A stretch of DNA of 64,000 bases. Origin: Octopus bimaculoides. Taxonomy: Eukaryota. The stretch covers positions 44,817,589 to 44,881,588 of the forward strand of contig NC_068998.1 in assembly GCF_001194135.2 (NCBI RefSeq), in the 5' to 3' direction. A model generated the notes under the pieces. It was not told where the DNA came from, ran no database searches, and saw only the letters and a program-made list of their open reading frames with translations. The first letter of the stretch is position 1; each line of letters begins with the position of its first letter. Positions 1 to 12,789 of the stretch are shown here, piece by piece. Made by a program: the position numbers and the translations under genes.

Positions 1-292
1 TCTCTCACTTTTTAATTGTTTCCCTCTTTCTTTATCTTCTCTTTGTCTTTCTCTCAATATCTCCCCCTCTCTCTCTCTCCCTCTCAACTTGGAATGGTGA
101 AGCTGCTGTGTGATAGGAATTATCGGTCGTGGTGGTGGTGGTGGTGGTGGGAGGTGGGTGCAGTGATGGTGTTTTACAGACCAGCAAGTGGAAAAGTCTT
201 CTTTTTTTTTTTTGATTACCTTTTAACGCCAACTTATAAAAAAAACACCAATAAAAACCAGTAAAAGAAAACAAAAAAATACAAAAACATCA

Positions 293-325
<33 letters not shown>

Positions 326-529
326 GCAGTATCAGGAAATAGTCTCATAATAAATAATTTTTTCAGAAGAATATTGTTTAACAATATGGAGTCACTAACA
401 ACACTGTATGAACAATTGATTCTGTTTAGATGAGGGAAAATAACACCACCACCAACAACAACAACAACATCGGCATAATCTATTAAGAATTGCTTCTTTA
501 CATTCACACACCTTCACTCTCTCGCTTTA

Positions 530-800
530 CATACATTGTCCCTTCGTGACTACCACCACCATCATCATCATCATCATCACCACCATTATATCGATGGTCA
601 CTATCATACCGTTGATATCATCGATGATAAAAATGATGTGGATAAGGATGGTGACCGCCATCATCATCATCATCATCCTCATCATGATCATCGCCATAAC
701 AACAGGCACTGTCTTGATACTTATGTTGCTGATTGTTGTGATGATGATGATGATAACGTCAATGATGATGATGATGATGACGACGATGACGATGTTTTAT
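530..800. repeat. Compound (CAT)n/(GAT)n trinucleotide low-complexity tract
   Basis: Alternating CAT/CAC and GAT/GAC runs; explains the His/Asp/Met-rich ORFs in several frames. Confidence 0.85.
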
Positions 801-884
801 TTTTTTTTCTATTTTTTATTTTTCTGATACTCTCTTCAGTCATATGAGTTGGGTGATATATGAAGTGTTTGGTTGCTTATATCA

Positions 885-1085
885 GAATGTGTGTCTGTGT
901 GTGTCTGTGTGTGTGTCTGTGTGTGTCTGTGTGTGTCTGTGTGTTTGTCCCTTACCACTGCTTGACAGCCAATATTCATTTACTCCCCATAACTTAGCAG
1001 TTCAGCAACAGAGACCAACAGAATAAGTACCTGGGATTTAATCATTCGACTAAAATTCTTCAAGGCAGTGCCCCAGTGTGGCTTT
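885..1085 (+). mobile_element. SINE family B, 3' half (TG microsatellite plus tail)
   Basis: tgtgtttgtccc...cttgacagcc...ccccataacttagcagttcagc...gaataagtacc matches the 3' half of the full copy at 37849-38270. Confidence 0.7.
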
Positions 1086-1274
1086 CACACTTTCAGGATC
1101 AATAAATATCATTTCAGTTTAGGGGTCAATGTAAATTGACTAGCCCACTCCCCCAAAAACTTCAGACCTCATGCTGTGCCTTAAGTAGAAACCACCATCA
1201 TCATCATCATCATTGTCACCGTCATCATCATCGTCCTCATTATTATTATTATTATTATTATCATACATGAAGCA

Positions 1275-1456
1275 AGCTGGCACAATCATTAGCATGTTGG
1301 GCAAAATGCTTAGCAACATTTTTCCTGGTGCCTTATGTTCCAAATTCAAAAAGTGCTCAGGTCTTAGATAAAGTACCAGTAAACAACTGGGGTCGAAGTA
1401 ATCAATTGGCCATCTTTCCTCCTAATACTGCTGGTTATGTGCCAAAATTTGGAACA

Positions 1457-1457
<1 letters not shown>
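1275..1457 (+). mobile_element. SINE family C, degenerate, (ATT)n tail
   Basis: gctggcacaatcattagc...aaatgcttagc...ataaagtaccag...ctggggtcga similar to 58603-58833; runs into (ATT)n at 1458-1513. Confidence 0.65.
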
Positions 1458-1494
<37 letters not shown>

Positions 1495-1513
1495 CATTAT
1501 TATTATTATTATT

Positions 1514-1972
1514 GAGTGAGAGAGCAGCACATGCCATGAAAGTGACACTGGGGTAAAGCATACGAAGCCCAGTATATCCATCATGACCACCCGCCTGACA
1601 AGGGTACACCAGGCACATGCATCACAACCATATGTGTGTGATATGGTGATCTCATATCAAGATAAACAGTGCATGACCTTGCAGGTAGGGGCCCAGTTAG
1701 AATTTTCTTCAGGTCGAGTAGCCCATCTTGCTTAAAAGGTCCTTGAATAAGGGTTGTTTCATGATGTTGAACGAAACACCCATGTTTCCAGAGGTGAATT
1801 ATCCAAACTCCGACCGATTCCTCTCAACTTATAGCTATGATACTCAACAACTACTTCTATTCATGATCAGAGATGCACATATCATCAGTCACCAACTGGT
1901 TAAGGTCAAACAACTGACAAGCAGACCTATGGTACTGTGTAGAATATTTGCTGTGGCCCATCTTTTATACCA
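1514..1972 (-). mobile_element. Family F non-coding retroelement (SINE or LINE 3' end) with (AAT)n tail
   Basis: Reverse-complement match along about 450 bp to 60147-60625; short third copy at about 2200-2280; each copy abuts an (AAT)n tail on its sense strand. Confidence 0.7.
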
Positions 1973-3055
1973 AGGCAAAACATTTTCCATGAGGTCCTTA
2001 AAGCACCTCCCCTATTGGGAATTTTAAATTGTTTAATTTTTAATTGTTATTTATATTATTTACATGTTGTAAAACCCAGTGTTTCGTCCTGTTTTTGTCT
2101 TTTATGTTGCTGTATGTTTTTTAATGTAATTTTATGTGATCCCTTGTGGCCAATAAAAGAATGAATTATCATTATGATTATTATTATTATTATTATTATT
2201 GAGTGAGAGAACAGTGCATGCCATCCAAGTGACCCTGGAGTACAAATATCCAAAGCCCAGTATACCCATCATGACAGGATAACACTTCAAATCAGTTAAG
2301 GTCAGAAGCAATGAGAGCCAGTGCCTGGTATTGCATTTGTTGTTATTAATATTCAACATTTGATAGTTTCTGTTAAATTTCTACTGCATCCTCCGCTACA
2401 CCTCCACCTTGCTGGAGTGTGTGTAGCATTGATTGTTCTTGTTTATTTTTCTTGTTGGGGAAATACAAACTCTTCCTGGTATTGTATTGCATTAGTTTGT
2501 TTTGTTTTGGGGTTTGGCCTCTGTCTTTTGTTGTACTGGTGTTTGTGTTGTGTGTTGTGTGTGTGTAATGCAAGTTGTGTTCTTCTGTTGGATATCTCAT
2601 TACTACTACTACTACTGCTACTACTACTACTACAAATGGTGCTGTGTTGTGTTGCAAACCCAACAAACCCACACAAGCATTGCACAAGTAGATGTCAAGA
2701 TGTTTATGGTGATTGATAGAAATGTCAATATCCATTCTTGGAGCACCATGGCTGTGGCATTTACATAATGTACTTTTAAACACTGAACGTGTGCGTGCAC
2801 TCACTCACACACACATATATATATATGCATATATATACTTATATATATATATATTCTCATACATATATATATATGTATATATATAAACACACACATATGT
2901 AAAAGATTCACATTTAACCTCAGTACATAACTCTCCTTGTATCAGTTTTACAGGCTTAGAAACAGCTATCATTCCTGCTTCATATAATGATGCAAGTAGT
3001 TACCCAACTGTAAAAACAAACCAGTGTTACAGTAAATGACTGGATTAAGCAAAAG

Positions 3056-3094
<39 letters not shown>

Positions 3095-3101
<7 letters not shown>

Positions 3102-3280
3102 TTCTATATTTAAGAGATGAAAAATTACGTACATTATTTATATTATTTACATTTGATAGATATTTGTCCTCATCTTGTTTGTTGTCAACACAACGTTTCA
3201 GCTGATATGCCCTCCATCCTTCATCAGGTGTCTTGGGAAAATTTCGAACCTGGGTTCTCATTCCTAAGTTATTTTTCGAT
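3095..3280 (-). mobile_element. Penelope-like element terminal-repeat remnant
   Basis: Carries the ctgatgaa...gaaacgttg motif characteristic of PLE terminal repeats, next to a (TA)n tract. Confidence 0.55.
3187..3232 (-). ncRNA. Minimal type I hammerhead ribozyme (degenerate)
   Basis: Minus strand: GACAC-CUGAUGA-A-GGAUG(loop)CAGCU-GAAA-CG-UU-GUGUU; stem I GACAC/GUGUU, stem II with one mismatch, palindromic ACGU stem III. Confidence 0.55.
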
Positions 3281-3315
3281 ATTATTATTATTATTATTAT
3301 TATTCAGGTCACTGC

Positions 3316-3852
3316 NNNNNNNNNNTATTTTTCGATATTATTATTATTATTATTATTATTCAGGTCACTGCCTGGAATCAAACTCAGAATCTTGGGGTTA
3401 GTAGCCTGTGCTCTTAACCACTATGCCATATCCCCACGGGACGTAAACACACCAGCATCGGTTGTCAAGCGATGTTGGAGGGACAAACACAGACACACAA
3501 ACATATACACACCCATACATACATATATATATATATATACACATTCATACATACAACAGCCTTCTTTCAGTTTCCGTCTACCAAATCCACTCACAAGGCT
3601 TTTGTCGGCCTGAGGTGCCACGCAGTGGGACTGAACCCGGAACCATGTGGTTGGTAAGCAAGCTACTTACCACACAGCCAATCCTANNNNNNNNNNNNNN
3701 NNNNNNNNNNNNNNNNNNNNNNNNNNNNNNNNNNNNNNNNNNNNNNNNNNNNNNNNNNNNNNNNNNNNNNNNNNNNNNNNNNNNNNNNNNNNNNNNNNNN
3801 NNNNNNNNNNNNNNNNNNNNNNNNNNNNNNNNNNNNNNNNNNNNNNNNNNNN
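3316..3852. other. Assembly gaps 3316-3325 and 3687-3852 (others: 4469-4747, 23781-23790, 29512-30237, 36461-36897, 60925-61231, 62627-62636)
   Basis: Runs of N, mostly flanked by microsatellites. Confidence 0.98.
3432..3680 (-). mobile_element. SINE family B with internal (CA)/(TA) microsatellite
   Basis: Reverse complement of head (gtgtggtaagtagcttgcttaccaaccacatggttccgggttcagtcccactgcgtggcacc) and of the tail module. Confidence 0.8.
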
Positions 3853-4023
3853 AAAAGCACTCACTACACTCTCGGAGTGGTTGGCCTTAGGAAGGGCATC
3901 CAGCTGTAGAAACTCTGCCAGATCAGATTAGAGCTTGGTGCAGCCTTCTGGCTTGCCAGTCCTCAGTCAAATCGTCCAACCCATGCTAGCATGGAAAGCA
4001 GACGTTAAACAATGATGATGATG
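3853..4023 (+). mobile_element. Family E: RTE-type retroelement 3' tail ending in (GAT)n
   Basis: aggaagggcatccagctgtagaaac...catgctagcatggaaagcagacgttaaacaatgatgatgatg; further copies at 20430-20552(+), 37535-37700(-), 42905-43100(-), 47551-47655(-), 56030-56255(-). Confidence 0.75.
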
Positions 4024-4065
<42 letters not shown>

Positions 4066-4417
4066 ACCGTATATGTATTACACTAGGTAATATGCATACA
4101 ACTTTCTATCTTCTAATTGATTATTTATTTCATCTGTCATGTCAAAATCGGAAACACAAAAATATTTGTTCTTCATAAATACATCGACTAGAATACTGTA
4201 GTTTCATTCTATGAATGAATCTATCACTGTGAGCATGTGTTTTTGGTGGGCATATTTCCCTGTGCGCATGTATCCATATTTAAACATATCCATACTGTAT
4301 TTTACATACTGTTTCTTGTTCTTGTTACTGCTGCTATTAATATACATCAGTTTGCTCTTCCTGTATTGTGTTCCTAGCAACACACTACTTGAAATTTCAT
4401 ATATATCTACTTATGTA

Positions 4418-4468
<51 letters not shown>

Positions 4469-4818
4469 NNNNNNNNNNNNNNNNNNNNNNNNNNNNNNNN
4501 NNNNNNNNNNNNNNNNNNNNNNNNNNNNNNNNNNNNNNNNNNNNNNNNNNNNNNNNNNNNNNNNNNNNNNNNNNNNNNNNNNNNNNNNNNNNNNNNNNNN
4601 NNNNNNNNNNNNNNNNNNNNNNNNNNNNNNNNNNNNNNNNNNNNNNNNNNNNNNNNNNNNNNNNNNNNNNNNNNNNNNNNNNNNNNNNNNNNNNNNNNNN
4701 NNNNNNNNNNNNNNNNNNNNNNNNNNNNNNNNNNNNNNNNNNNNNNNTATATTTATGTATGTGTGTATATATGTATGTATATATTATGTATATTTATATG
4801 TATATATATATATATTTA

Positions 4819-4864
<46 letters not shown>

Positions 4865-5788
4865 TATACATATATATGTATGTATATACTTATATATATA
4901 TATACACACACACACACATATGCAAACTCATGTGCGTGTTTGTTTGAGTGCACGGGTGGGTGTGTACCTGTTTGTGTATATGTGTAATGTGTGTAATGTG
5001 TATATTTTATTTTTGTCCAAGATGATCAAATTTTCCTGTTGTTGTTATCCGTCCTATGAAATCAAATCACCTATCAATCAATCTATCAAAACAAAAGAAA
5101 TAATCACCACTTTATTGCAGTTCTGTGTTTTTATTTTCATTGTTCCTTGAGCTATTGAATATAAAAACAGAACTGAAACACAAAAAAAAACAAAAAAAAA
5201 AAACAAGGTTATATGATTGTTCTTTAGATTTTATTTTACTTTGTTTATATCCTAGTTTTTCTCTTGCAAAATATTAAGGTAAAAAAAAAAAAACCTTCAA
5301 CGGATCTCGATTCCATTATTGTGAGATATAGGATTTATAAATATCACCCCCCCCCACACACACACACACATACACACACATGCACAACGTGGTTTTACGT
5401 GTGTATGTGTACAAGAGTTTTAACTCTCTGTATTCTGAGTTCAAATCATACCAAGGTCAGCATTACTTTGCCTGCCTTTGGGGCTTATAAATAAAACATG
5501 AACCCAATCCAATACTAGTGTTGATGCTTCCTCATCATCTTCATCTTCTTCTTCTTCTCTCTCTTGCTTCCATCATATGTGGATGAAATCTGGTATGTCC
5601 TGCTCTCAAAAGGGTTGGGCCTGCTCCCACCAAATTTAAATGTGTTTAACATGCCATATATTACAATGGTGCCCCTACAATTCAGTCAAGATTTGAGGGT
5701 TCATGTATGTATGTATGTATCATTCTTGTACTTGTTTCAGTGATTAGACAACAGCCATACTGGGGCATCACCTTGTAGGGTTTTAGTA

Positions 5789-6036
5789 TTGGGTTGGTGC
5801 GTGATTATTGCAGATTTTTTCAACAAATTTTATTCAACAAAAATAATAACAATATTTAACAAAAACATCTTTAAATGATGGTCTGATCATCTGCCAAGAA
5901 AATGGGAAGCAGTAATTGAAGCAGATGGTGAATATGCTCCGAAATAATCATTTAAAGATGTTTTTATTACATGTTGTTGTGGTTTTTGTTGAATAAAATT
6001 TGTTGAAAAAAGCCAGAAAATTATGCACCAACCCAA
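5789..6036 (+). mobile_element. Internally deleted mariner (MITE-like)
   Basis: TIRs ttgggttggtgc...attttttcaacaaattttattcaacaaaa and its inverse; TA at 5787-88 and 6037-38; internal DHLPRKWEAVIEADGEYAPK* resembles the mariner transposase C-terminus. Confidence 0.85.
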
Positions 6037-6084
6037 TAGATTGTACTTAATTTCTTTAAGCCCGATATTTATTTTATCAGTCAC

Positions 6085-6345
6085 TTTTGCCAAACTACCA
6101 AGTTACAGGAACTTAAACAAATGAACTCCAATTGTCAAACTGCACTGGGGGACAAACACAAAGACTCACATGTACCACTACACACATATACGTACATACA
6201 TACACATGCATGCACACACACACACACACACATATTATTCAACAGGCTTCTTTTAAGTCTTTGAATGGACCTTGTCTATAACAGATGACATTTGCCTTAT
6301 ATATGCCATGCAGTGGAACTGAACTGAGAACCCTGTGGTTGGGAA
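6085..6345 (-). mobile_element. SINE family B, degenerate
   Basis: Reverse complement of B head, (CA)n middle and B tail. Confidence 0.65.
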
Positions 6346-6354
6346 ACAAACTTT

Positions 6355-7050
6355 TTATTTCTTTATTGCCCACAAGGGGCTAAACATAGAGGGAACAAAC
6401 AAGGCCAGACGAAGGGATTAAGTCAATCACATCGACCCCAGTGTGTATTTGCTTATTGTCCTTGTGCAAGAGCCATGTTAATCTTCTTTGTATCATTGAA
6501 AGTTTGGTGTATGTTCTGCTGAAGCACACACATACAGACACATATGCACACACTGCCCTATTGGGGGACAGCATTCCAGAGAGGGGGTAGAGAAAGAAAG
6601 AGAAAGAGAGAAAACTGATGCTTCAGAGCTGCGCAAATGCAAGTGTGTCGTGTCCACGACATGCTGTGCTTTTTCTCTTTGCTTTTCTCGCTCACCTGTT
6701 TTTCTTGCTTATTTCATTGACCCTTAACTGGTGCTTATTTCATTGACACAGAATTGAACTCAGAATGTGAAGACAGACAAAATGCCACTAAGCGTATTTG
6801 CTCAGCATGCTAACAATTCTGCCAGCTCACTGAGTTCTAGAATCTTTTCTACTCTAGGCACAAGACCTGAAATTTTGGGAGAGGGGGCCAGTTGATTAGA
6901 TCCACCCCAGTATGCAACTGGTACTTAATCTATCAACCCCGAAAGTATGAGAGGCATAGTCAACCTCGGCAGAATTTGAATTCAGAATGTAAAGACAGAC
7001 GAAATACCGCTAAGCATTTCGCCCAGCGTGCTAGCGGTTTTGCCACCTCG
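6355..7050 (-). mobile_element. Cluster of SINE family C copies/fragments (about 6355-6500, 6715-6835, 6845-7050)
   Basis: Repeated gaatttgaattcagaatgtaaagacagacgaaataccgctaagcatttcgccc and tail modules, reverse of 58603-58833. Confidence 0.8.
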
Positions 7051-7907
7051 CCACCTTTGACTCATATAATAATGATGCTGTTATGATGGTGATGGCAATT
7101 TCTCTTTTTGACCATGAGGGCCCAGAACATTGAGGACAGTGTCAAAGGATAAAATACAATACACAAAAAGGGGAGTTTACATCGATCAAAAGGAAATCAA
7201 TAACAACAATAAAAGTATAGCAAAAGATATGAAAAAAATTTCAACCAGAAAGTACTACTACTACTACTACTAATAATAATAATAATAATAATAATAATTA
7301 ATAATAATAATCAATGATACTGAATTTTTATTGTTATACCGTTGGGATGTGTTGTTGTTTTTATGGGTTCTTCTGCATTTTATTTTACAAAATTTTATGA
7401 ATTTTACCAACTAGCCACACAGACTGCATCAATTTCTTCTCAACTCTGTCATATCTTATTTCTTCTGACAACTGTTCTTCCAGTGTTTCTGTTGTTGACT
7501 GAAGAATTCATAGTAAAGAATTTCCACACACCCCGCCCGCGCCCTCTCTCCACGGATATACATAGTATTTTAGTATTTGAAAATGTTCTTTCCTTGCAAG
7601 ACAGTTTCCCCTGTTAAGAAAAATAAATCACTGCCAAACATCGTGTAATAAAACTCTTGCCGTATCTAAGGCTAAAGATTTTTTTAATGTTAATCATAAT
7701 AAATAACTGGCTAGAGAGAATATCAGAATATAGTGTATGTGTGTGCATTATGTGTGAGTGAGTGTGCAGCTATTTACAAGGATGTATAACCGTTAACTTG
7801 AATTGGATTAGGTAATGAATATCAGAGCAATAACTTGGAAATTGCTGCAGGAAGCAGAGAAGGCTTTCGTCATGGATATCATAAAAACATGTAGAATGAA
7901 GGACACA

Positions 7908-8193
7908 AGAGTGGCTGTGTGGTAAGTAGCTTACTTACCAACCACATGGTTTCATGTTCAGTCCCACTGCGTGGCACCTTCGACAAGTGTCTTCTACTAT
8001 AGCCTCGGGTTGACCAAAGCGTTATGAGTGGATTAGGTAGATGGAAACTGAAAGAAGCCCATCATATGTGTGTGTGTATGTGTTTGTCCCCCACCATCGC
8101 TTGACAACCGATGTTGGTGTGTTTACATCCCCGTAACTTAGCGGTTTGGCAAAAGAGACTGTTAGAATAAGTACTAGACTTACAAAGAATAAG
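7908..8193 (+). mobile_element. SINE family B
   Basis: gtggctgtgtggtaag head, ggcaccttcgacaagtgtcttctactatagcc core, TG microsatellite, tail to cttacaaagaataag. Confidence 0.85.
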
Positions 8194-8324
8194 GGAAATA
8201 TCATCTTACTTGGAAACAGATGAGGATTGGCAACAGGAAGGTCACCTGATCATACAAAATTTGCCTCTGACTTATGCAAGCATGGGAAAGTGGATATAAA
8301 ACAATGATGTTGTTGATGATGATG

Positions 8325-8642
8325 AAGCTGGCACTCCATCGGTTATGATGATGAGTGTTCTAGATGTTCCAATCAACAGAACAAACTACTCATGAAATTA
8401 ACATGCAACTGGTTGAGTACTCCACAGTCATGCATACACTTAATGTAGTTGTCAAGAAGATTCAGTGTGACACAGAATGTAACAAGGCTGGCCCTTTGAA
8501 ATAGAGGTACAACTCTCTTTTGCCAGCTGAGTGGAGTGGAGCAACGTAAAATAAAGTGTCTTGCTCAAGAACACAATACACTACCAGGAATTGAACTCAC
8601 AGCTGTGAGCTGAATACCCTAACCATGAAGCCATGTGCCTTC
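8325..8642 (-). mobile_element. SINE family A1 (tRNA head, core 1, tail A)
   Basis: Reverse complement of 44628-44950; ends with ggagtgcca tail. Confidence 0.7.
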
Positions 8643-8699
8643 ATTCTGATGAAGATGGAGATGATGACAATGATGATTACAACATTGATGATGATGATG

Positions 8700-9000
8700 G
8701 TGTTTAAAATATACATGAACATTATATGTATGCATATAAACACACACATGCATGCATACATACTGAGAAGTATACATCTAAGTCTGTATTTATAAGACTT
8801 TAAACAATTTGATAACTGACTTGGATACCAGTGTTTTGTCTGATGAGTTTCAAGGATCAATTTGAAAACTTGTAACACACAACTTTGACTCCCAAAGTCA
8901 GTAATCAATATTTTTTTAGCAATTATATAGAAATATATTGGCGTTGAGTTATTGCAACCAGGCTTTCATTCATTTTGTTCTTGTTCAACCAAACACATAC
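8700..9000 (+). repeat. Local direct duplication, copy 1 (copy 2 at 16640-16920)
   Basis: Shared actgagaagtatacatctaagtctgtatttataagactttaaacaa...gaaacttgtaacacacaactttga...ggctttcattcattttgttcttgttca. Confidence 0.85.
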
Positions 9001-9215
9001 GCTCAAATACACACATGCATAACTTACACACACATATAGTCACTCAAGCAACCATCCACATATACATATATACACAAACATACATTTACATACACATATA
9101 CACACAAAAATGTTTCATCCATCTGCACTGCATCTATACATATATGCATGTGCACATACACACACACATCTATGTACCATGAATTAATGGCTCAGATTTT
9201 AATATAAATGCTCTT

Positions 9216-9273
<58 letters not shown>

Positions 9274-10444
9274 TAAGAATAGCACCAAGCACAATGATGA
9301 GAAACAAAAGAGATGTATCTACTGCACTGGTCAAACTTGCTACCAGTTCCACCTCACAAAGTCCATTGTTATAATATTTATTTACTATACTGAACATGAA
9401 TGGATAGACTTACTTACAAGATACACTAAAGTATAAAACACAACACATTGAATTATCCATTCTCCACTGGTCATTTTTATTGAGATGATAATGATTGGAG
9501 CATGCAGCAATGAGAGGTAAACAGGATATTCATGGACAGTGAGGGATATCTAATGCAACACTGGATTAACCATTAAGCAAAATAAAGCACATATTTTGGG
9601 CAACAAAGGAAGGTGTGCACCACAGAAATGGTAAATGGTTTACAGCACAAAAGAAATCTCTTTAAACTCGCTAAAATGGAATTCAAAGTGGTTTATATGA
9701 TCAGAAACATAATTTAGAAGTGAGGAAGTGATCAAAGACTTTGCAATTAAAAAAAGCATTTGAAAACTTAAAATGTAAGTAAAGTAGAAGTAAACAAAAA
9801 TGAGCATTATTTTCCATCTTACCATTAGCTTTTTTTTTTTCATTATGAAAAATAAAAATTCATTTTATGGTTTATGATAATTTATATTTTTAATTACATA
9901 TATATAGGGGCACCAAAATCTTTAGGTGATTAGGGTCTCTATGGCTGGTAATCAAATCCTGGTCTCAAAGGGGTCAGATGAATAACTGGGAGTTGATGAT
10001 TAGGTCTATAATGTCGTGAAATGCAGAGGATACAGTACTTTTTTACACATCATATAGGGATCCTGTCGTTAATGGTGTGTATATGTAATGGCAGAAGTGG
10101 TTGGCTGGTCTATAATTGAAATTTATTCAATGGGTATTGTTCACACACACTGCAAACTTAGTATTGACTGGGATTTTAAATTTCACCTAGTAATTTATTC
10201 AGCTGGTTGAATACAAGTTTTATAATAAATTTAACTTGACTTTCTCTGTTGGGTCTCTCTGCACTCAGTAAATTTTCCACTGTTACTCTTAAACTTCCTT
10301 TAAAATAATAAAGTTAATTTATATATCAAGGGCTGAACAGAAGTGACACTAAGAGAAAAAGTTAGATGAAAGAAGAGCTAACAGAAAACTAGACGAAAAC
10401 TTAACAGACAGATATACAAAAATGATAACGATGACAATGATATG

Positions 10445-10482
<38 letters not shown>

Positions 10483-10492
10483 CATTATTATT

Positions 10493-10790
10493 ATTATCTC
10501 TGCCTTTGTGAAGGCAGAGGTATTGTTTTCAGTTGCGTTTGTTTGTTGTGTCCTTGGACAAGATATCTCAAGAACCACTGGATGGATTTGAATGAAACAT
10601 TCAGGGATGTTTGGCCTTGTGACTGGCATAAACGTATTAGATTTTGGGATCAATCGGGTACTGGACAAGGATTCTGGATTATTTTTCCAGTTTTTTTTTA
10701 CTTAATTTTTGAGAGTAGTCAGGTTCATTTTTAGTATTCCCTTTTGTGAGAGCAGTCAAGTTTATTTCAGATATTCTCAATTTAAAATCG
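10493..10790 (+). mobile_element. Non-autonomous Helitron/Helentron-like element, 3'-truncated
   Basis: attatctctgcctttgtgaaggcagaggtattgttttc 5' hairpin start; colinear with 53345-53697. Confidence 0.65.
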
Positions 10791-11415
10791 TGAGTTTAAA
10801 TGCTTAAATTGGTAACATAATTGAATGAGAATTAAATCGTAATTTTTAAGGGGAAGAGAGACAAAATTTAGACAGGTTTGGGTTTAGGGTTACAGGAGCA
10901 ATAACTTGAAAAAAGTAAAGAAAAAATAAATAAGCATGAATTTAGGACAAAACTTCGAGTGATGTTTACATGGAAGAAATAGATAGATAATAGAAAACAG
11001 ACGGGGGGGGGGCGCTAAAAGATGAGATAATATGGAGGTTGTAAAGGCAGTGCTCCAGCATGGCCACAGTCAAATGACTGAAGGAAGAAAAGGAATAAAA
11101 GAATAACTGAAAGTTAAATGACATGACACACGTGGGGACACACAGACAAAGATATACACAAAGCAGTAAACAAGAAACATATTTATTTCTCTGGTAGGAC
11201 ATTTATTGATTGACCCATTTGTGTATCCTTCATTTGAGTATAAAAGAACGATTTAGTCAGCTGGTTTGGTTTCGTTTGTAAACAGTTTACCAAATATAAA
11301 CAGACAACTTCATATACACGCATATCATATGCAATCATAAGCAAATACACATGTGTACGCATACTTATACGAACGTGTCTGTGTGTATGTGTGTGTACAT
11401 GTGTGTGTATGCATG

Positions 11416-11447
<32 letters not shown>

Positions 11448-11644
11448 TATACATATATATCTGTATATAGAAGTATGTATATATTTAAATGAACGTATGT
11501 ATATATTTATATGAATGTATGTATATGTGTGTGTGTGTATACACATATATGTATACATGTATATATGTGTATATATACGTATATATATGTATCAGTATCT
11601 ATTTATCTATACACAAACATATATATGCATATATACACATATAT

Positions 11645-11698
<54 letters not shown>

Positions 11699-12648
11699 AA
11701 CAGATATTTCATGACACATTAATTTTCGACCATTATTTTGATATATTTGACATCTCAGTTTTTGTCATATGACACAAATATTGAACTTTTATTTGGTTTT
11801 TGTCCAATATGAGTGACATTATGAAAAAATGATGAATAACAAAATAGGTGTTTTTTATATCATTTTATAACTATTATTTTACTTCTTTATTCATCTAAAA
11901 ATTATTGTTGTTTGGTTCTAGCTCAGCTCAGAGAGAATAAATCTTTAAGCAAATGGCATTCTAAACATTGTTCCTCTATTGGGCTTTATGTATCTAAGAA
12001 TACATTGCTTATGTCCTTTCTTTCTTTTTTTTAAGATGGTAGGGTTTCCTTTTAAAGGGATTGAGGTTCTATTTCTAGCATGTGAAATGATAAAGTATAG
12101 GATTCCTCACTTGTGAATACCATAGAGATAGTTGTAGAATTTACCTCCTGGCAAGTTGTTGATGAAATATCATTTTCCATTTCAGTTATCCCTTCATTTA
12201 TGCTGCTAATATGCTTGGAAGGAACATGTTTGTTACATCATAATGTGGCTTTTGAAAATATAGACCTTTTATATGCCAAGTCTTAAGTAGCCAATGTCTC
12301 TTAGAGTGAAGGGAATCAAATAGCATGAAGTTGAGGTTAAGACCCCCATCAAACAGAGTTCTGGTTTTAATTCCTCAACTTCTGGAAGAAATTAGGTTTA
12401 ATTGTTATGATAAGTGAAGAATTGAACATTTTGGCATTTTTCTCTTTGTCTGCGATTGAAGAAAAGTGTAAGAAAGAAAGAAAGAAAGAATGAAAGAAAG
12501 AAATTGTGCTGTTGCTACTTTGACCATAGAGTATTAAATGAAAATGGTTTTGTCAGGAAATGCAAGTTATTTTCTTTATCCTGATACAGAATACATCACT
12601 AACTAGCTTACACTCAATTGACAACACCCTTCTCTCTCTCTCTCTCTC

Positions 12649-12777
12649 TCTCAAAGAGCTAGGGTCCAAAACATTGCATTATTCATGTCTCACTAACAAT
12701 TTAGTGGTACATTTCTATGAGTTAAATTGTTAGTGAGACATGAATAATGCAATGTTTTGGACCCTAGCTCTTTGAGA
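12649..12777. repeat. Perfect 55-bp inverted repeat with 19-nt spacer
   Basis: 12649-12703 is the exact reverse complement of 12723-12777; acccttctctct/agagaagggt extends the pairing to 12626-12790. Confidence 0.95.
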
Positions 12778-12789
12778 AAGAGAGAAGGG

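Noticed and set aside
536-847. His/Asp-rich 103-aa ORF (MSLRDYHHHH...)
   Set aside because: Made entirely of CAT/GAT microsatellites; overlapping frames and strands are equally open; no splice or domain support
3266-3370. Apparent tandem duplication of tatttttcgatattatt...caggtcactgc
   Set aside because: The copies flank a 10-N gap, typical of an unmerged contig overlap; a similar taacac overlap occurs at 23781-23790
10880-10895. gggtttagggtt telomere-like motif
   Set aside because: Single unit, no (TTAGGG)n array
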